Shown here: positions 31,696-39,805 of the stretch, piece after piece
How the letters are laid out: every line of letters begins with the position of its first letter
Numbering within the stretch: the stretch's first letter is position 1
DNA from: Terriglobia bacterium
GTDB taxonomy: Bacteria > Acidobacteriota > Terriglobia > 2-12-FULL-54-10
Assembly: GCA_963666975.2 (NCBI GenBank)
Contig: CAXVYR010000004.1
Span: 1,984,001 to 2,048,000, forward strand
Length of the DNA stretch: 64,000 nt
Direction: 5' to 3'
Notes under the pieces: generated by a model
The model's database searches: none
The model's input: only the letters and a program-made list of their open reading frames with translations
What the model was told of the DNA's origin: nothing
Translations under genes and position numbers: made by a program

Positions 31696-33225
31696 GTGAA
31701 GGTTCACCTTATCAATCCGAGTGATGTGTCGTTTGGAATTGGCGTCATCACCCCTCGGTGGCTGTACGTGCTGGCAGCCGCCACGCCAGCTTCTTACGGC
31801 GACCCGATCATCACCGACGAGACTTTGGAATCTCTGGATCTCGACAGCATTCAGGCAGGCGACGTCGTCGGAATTGGCATCCATACCGCGAACGCTTATC
31901 GCGGCCTGGAAGTGGGCCGGCTTGCTCGCGAGCGCGGAGCGTGGATTGTTTTCGGCGGCATCCACGCGTCGCTGTATCCGGAGGAAGCGCGCGAGTTGGG
32001 AGCCGCTCACGCCGTGGTCAAGGGAGATGGCGACGTTGTGTGGGACCATGTCCTGGCGGATTGCGCCCAAGGAAAACCGCGCCAAATCTATGAGGGCGGA
32101 CTGGTGGAAGCCGATAAATTTCTTCCGGCACGGTGGGATCTGCTGCCTCCCAAAAGTTACATGTGGGCCTCGGTGCAGACGATCCGCGGCTGTCCCAAGC
32201 ACTGCTCGTTTTGCTCCGTCTGGCGCACCGATGGGCAACGTCCCCGCCAGCGCGGCGCGCATCCGGTGGTGGAGGAAATTGTCCAGCTCCGGCGGTTGGG
32301 CTTCCGGTTTATCGCGCTGGCCGACGACAATTTTTATCCGGTCACGCTGACCGACATCGAGCTCGCCCGGCGCCAGAACAATCTCCCGCGCCTGAACGAA
32401 CTCCTGGCCATTCGCGCCGAACGGTTTGAGTTGATGGCCCTCCTGGCCAAACTCCCGTCCGAGATGATCTTTTTCACGCAGATCACGATGGAAGCCGCCG
32501 AGGACCCGGAGTTCCTGGACGCGATGCGGAAAGCCCACATCAAAGGGGCGCTGGTTGGCGTCGAGGCGGTCACCGAGGAAGGTTTGAAGGCCGTCTACAA
32601 GGATTTCAATTCCTTCGGCGACGACTTGGCGGAGCGCCTGCGAACCTTCAAGCAGCACGGCGTGCACGTGCTCGGATCTTTTATCTTCGGCCTGTCGACG
32701 GATCGCCAGGATACCTTCGCAGCAACCGCTGCTCTGGCCAAACAAGCCGACATCACCTTCGCGCAATTCGTGACGATGACGCCTTTCCCCGGCACGGTGG
32801 ACTTCGAACGCTGGGAGAAGAGCCAGGGCGAAGACGTGGAGAAAATCCACGGAGTTCCTATCACGCGCTACTGGCTCATCCCGGGACACATGCGTCCCAA
32901 GCTGTATACCCCTCATCCCACCATGACCCCGGAGGAAATCCGCAAGGGCACGCAGGGAGTGTGGGACAACTTCTACAGCCTTCCCGAGATCTGGAAGCGC
33001 GCTCATTGCGTCAAGTCCTTGAAAGCGCGGATCGGTTTCCTCTTCATCTCCAAACTGTACCGGCAAATGTACGCCAATACAGGGATCGCCACCGACAGCG
33101 CTCGCCGAAAGAGCGCCAATCGTTGGGCGCGGTGGCTGGCGAAACCCTGCCGGCTTATGTTCCAGGGCAAGAAGATGCCCGATCTCGCCCTCGGCCTTCC
33201 TCCCCGGGAACGGATCTCCAATTAA
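31696..33225 (+). CDS. B12-binding-domain radical SAM protein
   Basis: GGIHASLYP, RGCPKHCSFC, DDNF and PFPGT. AGGAGG RBS. Confidence 0.92.
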   Translation: MKVHLINPSDVSFGIGVITPRWLYVLAAATPASYGDPIITDETLESLDLDSIQAGDVVGIGIHTANAYRGLEVGRLARERGAWIVFGGIHASLYPEEARELGAAHAVVKGDGDVVWDHVLADCAQGKPRQIYEGGLVEADKFLPARWDLLPPKSYMWASVQTIRGCPKHCSFCSVWRTDGQRPRQRGAHPVVEEIVQLRRLGFRFIALADDNFYPVTLTDIELARRQNNLPRLNELLAIRAERFELMALLAKLPSEMIFFTQITMEAAEDPEFLDAMRKAHIKGALVGVEAVTEEGLKAVYKDFNSFGDDLAERLRTFKQHGVHVLGSFIFGLSTDRQDTFAATAALAKQADITFAQFVTMTPFPGTVDFERWEKSQGEDVEKIHGVPITRYWLIPGHMRPKLYTPHPTMTPEEIRKGTQGVWDNFYSLPEIWKRAHCVKSLKARIGFLFISKLYRQMYANTGIATDSARRKSANRWARWLAKPCRLMFQGKKMPDLALGLPPRERISN

Positions 33226-33254
33226 GGCGAAGGTCTTCTTTAGTGGCTACTCGA

Positions 33255-33400
33255 TGGCTGTCCGAGCCGGGCATTTTTGTACCAACCGAAGTGAGAGAGA
33301 GTCTCATGGAGGAGGGCATAAAGAGATGCCGATGCCCGGGTACAAACCGGAGCAGATTGTAACGGTGTTGAGGCAATTTGAGGTGGCAGTGGCCAATAGA
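33255..33400 (+). mobile_element. IS3-family remnant (left end + orfA start)
   Basis: MPMPGYKPEQIVTVLRQFEVAVAN from 33326, after GGAGG. Confidence 0.7.
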
Positions 33401-33617
33401 GATCCCGAGTAACGGCGAAGGATAGAGTAATCCTGCCAGCCGGATAGGTAAATACTAGCCGACAAGTCCGGACCTGTCCGGGAAACTCGACGAAGCCCCT
33501 TTGAAACAATACGGTTGCCGTATCAACCCAGCATCGTTGAAACGTAATTGATTTGATCCGTGAATGCGTTTGCGCCAAGGCCACTTGCCGCTACTGATAC
33601 TGATGTGGAAGGACCGA

Positions 33618-33690
33618 CTGGCGTTGGCGGAGGGTCACCTGACCCGGCGGCTGTTTGCCAGTATGCTGGGGCGGAGCGCGGCTCAATCAA
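33618..33690 (+). mobile_element. IS1380-family transposase C-terminal remnant
   Basis: LAEGHLTRRLFASMLGR resembles recalled IS1380 C-termini. Confidence 0.5.
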
Positions 33691-33909
33691 CCGAAGCGCA
33701 AAAGTTCTTGACACTGGGAAAGCCACGGATTAGGATGCAACTGTATAGCGGGGTTTACGATCAGCCAATCGAAGCAGAGTTCATCAGATTGCATTATATG
33801 CAAATATAGGTAAGGCTTTTTCTTCAATAAACAAAACGGCTTTCCTTTTTTTCAAACTTAGTATAAGAAACAGTGAAGCACATTTTCTCTCTCCAGAGGA
33901 GGTACGGAC

Positions 33910-35781
33910 ATGAGGCATTTACAAGGGATCAGTGTTTTGAGCACTTTGTGCACAGCGCTGCTTTTCACGGGTCTGCTGCACGCTCAACAAGACCCCGATA
34001 CAATCTTGTATAACGGCAAGATCGTAACTGTGGACAATCACGAAGTTAATGGACCTATAGGGACAATCGCCCAAGCCGTCGCTGTCCGGGAAGGCAAGGT
34101 GTTGGCCGTGGGGAGCAATGACCAAATTCGCCGAATGGCGGGTAGCAATACGAAGTCCTTGGATTTGAAGGGCAGAATGGTTATGCCAGGAATTGCACTC
34201 ACGCACGATCACCCGCAGGATTGGGATCCGCTAAATCCGTACATTATGAAGAAGGTAGTCACTGACGACATGCATATCGAGCGGTTTTTGAATGAACCTC
34301 CAGAACAGCAATTGCAGCAGTTCCCTCGTCTTCTGGATGAGGCTGCACGCAAAGCTAAACCGGGCCAGTGGATTCGGATCAGCATGTTGTTTGGGCCGGA
34401 ATATCGCTGGAGAGACGAGATCACCAATATGTTGGGGCGCCAGATCACGAAGGATATGCTGGACCAAATTGCGCCCAACAATCCGGTGATCATCCGTGCA
34501 GGTTTCGTTGGAGTGCTGTTGAACCAGAAGGCGCTAGAGGTTACGAAGCAATTTTATGGGGATCAGCTAAGCAAGTTTTCGCAGAATGTATTCCAAAATG
34601 ATAACATCGAGACGCAGGGGACCTGCGTGACCTGTTATCGGGAAGTCGAACAAGATGTGCTTTATCCTGCGGAGGTGCTACAAGAAATTTATCGCCTCGG
34701 TTTATCTTGGATGTCAGGTTATGGGCAAACTATTAACGCGACATCACTCTACACAGGCGGTGCGATCCGAGCTTACAACGTCCTGGATCGAAAGGGCCAG
34801 ATGGAGATGCGCATGGGCTGGGGGTGGTACTGGCCCTATCGTAATGAATTTTTTGACGACCCTTATTTTGTTCAAGCGCAAGTGTCGCGGGAGGGGACAG
34901 GATCGGATTATTTCTGGGTCACTGGGATGACATCCCGCATGGGTGGATCCTGCAGCAAATTGGAACCGACACGACCAGAAGTGAAAACACGGGATTGTGC
35001 TTCGCCGGGATTCGCCGCGCCGGAGACCTCGCGGGCTCTGTATGAATATATCAAGGCAGGAGGAAGACTGGCTGGAGATCATATGATCGGGGACCATGAG
35101 GTTGATCTGGTCCTGGATATCATCGAGAAGGCAAGTAAAGACGGCGGAATGACTTTGGATGACATCCGAGCGAGACGGCACGTGACGGAGCACATGCATA
35201 TGTATCCTCGGCCGGATCAGGTTCCCCGATTTAAGAATCTAGGCATGATGACCAGTGGCTGGGACTTCATTATCTGGGAAGGTGGAGGGTATTCATCGGG
35301 CACCAATGTTCTCCAGGACTACGGGGAACGAGCCGTAACACAGATGGTTCCCCGAAGGAGCCTAAACGAGGCAGGAGTTATGAACAGTATGGAATTGGAT
35401 CGGGCGATTGCTGCCACAAACCTAACCCTGTTCCATGTGATGTATTCAGGAGTCACGCGAAAGGATTGGGACGGACGAGTGCTCGGAGCGCAACAAGCAG
35501 TCGGACGAGCATCCATGTTGAAATCAGCTACGCTTTGGGGAGCTTATGGAGTCAAGAAGGAACAAATGTTCGGTTCGCTGGAGCCCGGCAAGTACGCTGA
35601 CCTCATCGTGTTGGACAGGGATTTCCTGATTGTTCCAGAAGATGAAATTCCACAAACGCGTGTTCTCATGACCCTACTGGGCGGCAAAGTTACGCATTTA
35701 GTTCCATCATTAGCGCGCGAGCTTGGAATGCAACCGGCAGGGGCGCAAGTGGAACTGGGCGGTCCAGCCTCAAAATGGTAG
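33910..35781 (+). CDS. secreted amidohydrolase, paralog of 21338-23215
   Basis: Shares THDHPxDWDPLNPYI, VVTDDxHIERFL and HLVPSLARExGMQxxGxQVELGGPAxxW with the first copy. Confidence 0.92.
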   Translation: MRHLQGISVLSTLCTALLFTGLLHAQQDPDTILYNGKIVTVDNHEVNGPIGTIAQAVAVREGKVLAVGSNDQIRRMAGSNTKSLDLKGRMVMPGIALTHDHPQDWDPLNPYIMKKVVTDDMHIERFLNEPPEQQLQQFPRLLDEAARKAKPGQWIRISMLFGPEYRWRDEITNMLGRQITKDMLDQIAPNNPVIIRAGFVGVLLNQKALEVTKQFYGDQLSKFSQNVFQNDNIETQGTCVTCYREVEQDVLYPAEVLQEIYRLGLSWMSGYGQTINATSLYTGGAIRAYNVLDRKGQMEMRMGWGWYWPYRNEFFDDPYFVQAQVSREGTGSDYFWVTGMTSRMGGSCSKLEPTRPEVKTRDCASPGFAAPETSRALYEYIKAGGRLAGDHMIGDHEVDLVLDIIEKASKDGGMTLDDIRARRHVTEHMHMYPRPDQVPRFKNLGMMTSGWDFIIWEGGGYSSGTNVLQDYGERAVTQMVPRRSLNEAGVMNSMELDRAIAATNLTLFHVMYSGVTRKDWDGRVLGAQQAVGRASMLKSATLWGAYGVKKEQMFGSLEPGKYADLIVLDRDFLIVPEDEIPQTRVLMTLLGGKVTHLVPSLARELGMQPAGAQVELGGPASKW

Positions 35782-35999
35782 TCACATCGGACGGATGCGA
35801 GAGGACACTACTCCCCGGACTTGGTTAACTGACAATGCAAAGACAAGTGCTTCCGCCATCCAGTGTTGTTACGCAGCGATAGAAATCGCCGAGTCATTCC
35901 GACCGACGATGCCGCATGAAAGTTGAATACCTGGACGGTTCTTACTAAGCACAGCCAACAGGCTAGAGCCTTTCTCTTCTTGGTGTATATCTGGCAGTG

Positions 36000-36083
36000 G
36001 TAGCCACGACGAGCGCTTTGCTCGTCGTGGGTCGTTGTGGGCAATGAAAAGTCCACGGCGAAAAAACAATTCGCCGTGGCTAC
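36000..36083. repeat. GTAG-type REP doublet (REPIN-like)
   Basis: GTAG-CCACGACGAGC/GCTCGTCGTGG and the inverted CCACGGCGAA/TTCGCCGTGG-CTAC. Confidence 0.8.
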
Positions 36084-36248
36084 CAAAGATTAGTCAGACT
36101 ACACCAATAGGTGAAATGCTCTAGTGATTCGCCCCGTGATTCGCCCCTGTTTCCGAAAACGGATTTCCGGCAGAATCACCCTCAGCGGACGATTCCACTA
36201 AAATTAGGTCTTGAGTGACGCCGATGAGTTTACCGATTGGGCGGCATT

Positions 36249-36277
36249 TTCCCTCCCAGGGCGGCCTCTTGTATTAT
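36249..36277 (+). promoter_or_regulatory. putative sigma-70 promoter of tRNA-Arg
   Basis: TTCCCT-17 nt-TATTAT. Confidence 0.45.
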
Positions 36278-36314
36278 CGTAATCGCACAGCTATCATCGG
36301 GTTACGGCCAGGAC

Positions 36315-36390
36315 GGGCCTGTAGCTCAGAGGATAGAGCAGCGGTTTCCTAAACCGCGTGTCGGGGGTTCGAGTCCCTCCAGGCCTACCA
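36315..36390 (+). tRNA. tRNA-Arg(CCT)
   Basis: 76-nt cloverleaf with anticodon arm GCGGT-TTCCTAA-ACCGC, GTTCGAG T-loop and CCA end. Confidence 0.97.
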
Positions 36391-36429
36391 TTTCTTTTCA
36401 ATCGCTTACGGGTAAACCTGCATAGTCCC

Positions 36430-37515
36430 TTACTGGTTACTGTGGGGACTTTTGTGGGGACCCCCCACACTTTCATACGCCCGAAAGACCTGCTCCACAT
36501 TAAACCGCTCCAGCTTCTTGACCGCCGCCCTCTTGTGCTCCGGTGTCGGATGAACATATCGCATGGTCGTGGAAATGTCGGAGTGGCCCATTAGCTCTTT
36601 CAGGGTTGCCAAATCCACACCGGCCATAGCGGAACGTGTGCCGTAGGTGTGCCGGAGATCATAGAGTCGAAATGGAGGACGGATAGCTGCTTTCCGCAAG
36701 GCATCCAGGTGAGCCTTGCGAATTGTGGTAAGCGGCTTGTCCGGGTTCTGCCGGTGCGGGAACAGGTACGGTCCCTTACAAGCTGCCAACCTCTGCTTCA
36801 AAACACTGACTGACCGATCCGTGAGCAGCACACTCCGCCGACGGAATTTCGTCTTGCCTATGGGCACGAACAGATAGCACCGGTCAAGGTGAACGTTTTC
36901 CTTGCGAATCGTGTACACCTCTTCCGGGCACATCCCGGTCTCGATCATCAGTGTGGCAATATCCCGAAGCAAAGCATTGGCCTCAGCCAGATATCGGTTT
37001 TCCTCGCTATGCGAGACAACCCGCATGGCTCCTGGACCTTCTGGCAAAAAGCGAACACCTTTTACTGGATTGCGAAGAATGTGTTCTTGACGGACGGCGA
37101 AGTTGAGCATGAACCGGAGAGATGCCAAGTCCCGATTGGTTCCTGCCGGGGAAATCTCCCCGGCCCTGGAGAGCTTGAACTTCTCCACCTGGCCCGGAGA
37201 AATCCTATCTAGCGGCATCTTGCCAAAGAACCTAATCAGCGGTTTTGCAGCTACCCGATACCTCAGATGCGTTCGGGGTTTGGCTTGATGCTGTTTCTTG
37301 GACCAGGGAAGAAATTCCGAGTTCACAAAGACCTCAAAAATGGGAGAGGGTCCACGGCGAACAATACCAGCCCGGCCCTCCGCCAACTCCGCCTTGTGGA
37401 TTGCTTCGGCTCGAAGTGCAGCCGTCTTGTTTGCCAACCTCGTACATTTGCGGATGCGCTGTCCCTGAAACACAAAATCGTAACAGTAGACACCTCCCCG
37501 CTTGTAAACGCTCAT
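36430..37515 (-). CDS. tyrosine recombinase / integrase
   Basis: ETGMCPEE, YDLRHTYGT and MGHSDISTTMRYVHP. The first catalytic Arg position reads Cys. Confidence 0.93.
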   Translation of the reverse strand: MSVYKRGGVYCYDFVFQGQRIRKCTRLANKTAALRAEAIHKAELAEGRAGIVRRGPSPIFEVFVNSEFLPWSKKQHQAKPRTHLRYRVAAKPLIRFFGKMPLDRISPGQVEKFKLSRAGEISPAGTNRDLASLRFMLNFAVRQEHILRNPVKGVRFLPEGPGAMRVVSHSEENRYLAEANALLRDIATLMIETGMCPEEVYTIRKENVHLDRCYLFVPIGKTKFRRRSVLLTDRSVSVLKQRLAACKGPYLFPHRQNPDKPLTTIRKAHLDALRKAAIRPPFRLYDLRHTYGTRSAMAGVDLATLKELMGHSDISTTMRYVHPTPEHKRAAVKKLERFNVEQVFRAYESVGGPHKSPHSNQ

Positions 37516-37733
37516 AGTCTCTGTCTCCTTTCTCGCGGATCGGAAACAGACACCCTGCACCCTTCCAGGTACTTTTGAACGTCCGCAGGATCATACCGCA
37601 CCGCCCGGCCAATTTTTAAATAGGCGATGCCCCGCTTCTGAGAACGCCATTGAGCCAGAGTCTCCCGTGAAAGCCCCGTTTTCACGGCGACCTCTTCCGG
37701 TGTCAAAAGATCGGGTAAATTCAAATGCGCCAT
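37512..37733 (-). CDS. excisionase-like HTH_17 protein
   Basis: LLTPEEVA...TLAQWR..GIAYLKIGRAVRY. Translationally coupled to the integrase. Confidence 0.88.
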   Translation of the reverse strand: MAHLNLPDLLTPEEVAVKTGLSRETLAQWRSQKRGIAYLKIGRAVRYDPADVQKYLEGCRVSVSDPRERRQRL

Positions 37734-37999
37734 TACAATTCCTTCGTCTCGGAGCTTTGGCGGGATAGGAAGGCCAGCCGCTCTCTTCCCCGTGGGGTTA
37801 TCCGGTAGAAAATGCCTCTCGCTGTCGGCTCCCGGAAGAGAAGCCCTTGTCGATACAGCTTCAGCAGATAGACGTAGGAGCACTTAATTGACGGACAGAC
37901 CCGATAGGCCAGGTCCGCCGGTATCACTGTCCCTCTCTCATCAATGAATTTCAATACCTCTAATTTTCTTCCTGTCGGACGCATGTTTTTCATATGCAT
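37733..37999 (-). CDS. winged-helix DNA-binding protein
   Basis: EVLKFIDERG...LYRQGLL...YRITPRGRERL. Confidence 0.75.
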   Translation of the reverse strand: MHMKNMRPTGRKLEVLKFIDERGTVIPADLAYRVCPSIKCSYVYLLKLYRQGLLFREPTARGIFYRITPRGRERLAFLSRQSSETKEL

Positions 38000-38041
38000 A
38001 TTCCGTGTGCCTCACCGCTAGTGTTTACTCGCGCCTTGGCG

Positions 38042-38290
38042 TCATATAAAATCTGGATAATTCGTTTCTTGTTTCCGTTTATTTCGCAACGCAGAAAAAC
38101 CGATTAGCAACGCCATCCCCACTAACGCGATGGCAATTCCCCAGAGCAAGACCCGACTCCCGCTACCGGAGCCGGATTTGACCAGCGAGATGCAATCAAC
38201 CACCACGGCGGAGACGGTCCGGTTTCCGGCCCTGGAAACCAGCCAGGCCCAAAGCGGCAGTGGAATGCGGACAGACAATTTGCGGCTCAT
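38042..38290 (-). CDS. ribbon-helix-helix-like protein with C-terminal TM helix
   Basis: KLSVRIPLPLW...TVSAVV, a GSGSGS linker and a hydrophobic tail. Overlaps the upstream stop. Confidence 0.6.
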   Translation of the reverse strand: MSRKLSVRIPLPLWAWLVSRAGNRTVSAVVVDCISLVKSGSGSGSRVLLWGIAIALVGMALLIGFSALRNKRKQETNYPDFI

Positions 38291-38565
38291 GATTCCTCCC
38301 GAACTTGTTTTTTCAGTCGTTCAATTCCCTTGTTTCCACGTACAAAAACCTGCATCCCGCAAGGATCGCAGACGAAGTATGGCCGTCCTTTCTTGCTGAT
38401 TCGCACATCCGGCCAACGCCCACACAGAAAGCACTTCAGAGTCTTTCCGGCCAATTCACTTTTCTCGTTTTCCGATGTAGAAAAAATATCGGCAATCTGG
38501 TCCAACAAACCGGGGGCTGTCTTTCGAGCCTTTGTCTTGCTTCTCTTCGTTTTTTCTGTTCCCAT
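38287..38565 (-). CDS. small zinc-finger protein
   Basis: CFLC...RPYFVCDPCGMQVFVR. Confidence 0.75.
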   Translation of the reverse strand: MGTEKTKRSKTKARKTAPGLLDQIADIFSTSENEKSELAGKTLKCFLCGRWPDVRISKKGRPYFVCDPCGMQVFVRGNKGIERLKKQVREES

Positions 38566-38719
38566 TAAAAGCCTCCGTGTGACGGATTACACAATCCCGC
38601 CCGCTGTCAGACCCATTTTCAGGAAACGTGGAAGCGGCTACCAAATAAATAAAAAAGAAGTGGCTGGAAAGACCACTTCTCTGCCACTGAATTGGAAGGG
38701 GAATTTTGTGGCAGGGGAA

Positions 38720-39517
38720 TTAGGCCGAAGTGCGGGAACGCAGTCGCCGAGCCTCCTGTGCCCTTTCTATCGAGGTTCGGAATGCCAATTCATAATCCGC
38801 TCCGGCCATTACGTCCGCAATGAGCCGGGCACGCGAATTAAGGCGGGTCGCCCGTTTAAGAAGTTTTGTGTCTTTCAAAATTAGCTCCAAACGGGAAATG
38901 TGCCGGAGCAAGAAAGCACATTGTTCCGGATGATCTTTTTTCCAAAACCTCAGAAGTTCACGGATCGAGCGGCGCGTACCGGTCTTTTGTTCTGACAATA
39001 GCTTTTTTAGGACGGGGAAAAGCTGGTCGGACTTTGCGGCAAGTTCTGGGAAAGAACCTCTGGGAAGTTTTGGCTTTCTGCCCACTTTTGCTTTGAACGC
39101 CTGTCCGACACCTTTGAGGAAAGAACGCCATCGCTCCGGCTTGTTCAATTGAAGTACCGCGAGCGCCTGTCCTACGTTTGGAGGATTCGCAAGAATCTCC
39201 GCCTTGAATGCTGCAACAATTTTTCCCCGGTCTCTCTTTTCTGTTGCCTCGGCCAATTCCTTTCCAGAAAGACCGCCAAAATGTGTTGGCTGAAAGCCCG
39301 CTGCCTTTAGCAACTTGTCAAGCGGACCTGGATTGTCTCTTCCGCCTAACATGAAATCTCGCAACCAGGGGTTTGAAGGGTCCACAACTTGATCTGCAAG
39401 TAGTTCGGCAAGCTTTCCGCATTCCGCTTCCGTCAACTTTCTCTCAAGCGAGGTCGGATCGGGCGGGTCTTTACGTAACATGAACGTAACGTTGCAGTCT
39501 TGGAGGCTGTCTGTCAA
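38720..39517 (-). CDS. hypothetical basic helical protein of the element
   Basis: Long ORF co-oriented with the int/xis module; GRKPK motif. Confidence 0.6.
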   Translation of the reverse strand: MTDSLQDCNVTFMLRKDPPDPTSLERKLTEAECGKLAELLADQVVDPSNPWLRDFMLGGRDNPGPLDKLLKAAGFQPTHFGGLSGKELAEATEKRDRGKIVAAFKAEILANPPNVGQALAVLQLNKPERWRSFLKGVGQAFKAKVGRKPKLPRGSFPELAAKSDQLFPVLKKLLSEQKTGTRRSIRELLRFWKKDHPEQCAFLLRHISRLELILKDTKLLKRATRLNSRARLIADVMAGADYELAFRTSIERAQEARRLRSRTSA

Positions 39518-39654
39518 GAGCCTTAAAAACCCTGGTCAGTGCAAACCAGAAAGTACGAGCCATGCTGGACGTGAGTGGAATTGGGCCGGGGCTTACTTTA
39601 TTTGACACGAACGGAAAGGTGGGAGCGTCCTTATGGCAGATACACGGTCTTCAC

Positions 39655-39805
39655 AGTCGGAAATCGATTTCTTCGCAAATTTCCATGGACTTGGAAGAAG
39701 CACACAGAGCTGGTGATTGTAGATAGAGGTGTCAATGCCTCGAACCGTTAGAAATTCGATGGCTCCTTCCAGTTCTTTTTGATAATCCGCCGGGTCAACA
39801 CAAAT
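39655..39805 (-). pseudogene. His-Xaa-Ser system radical SAM maturase HxsC C-terminal fragment
   Basis: VDPADYQKEL...SIYNHQLCVL...WKFAKKSISD. Confidence 0.7.
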
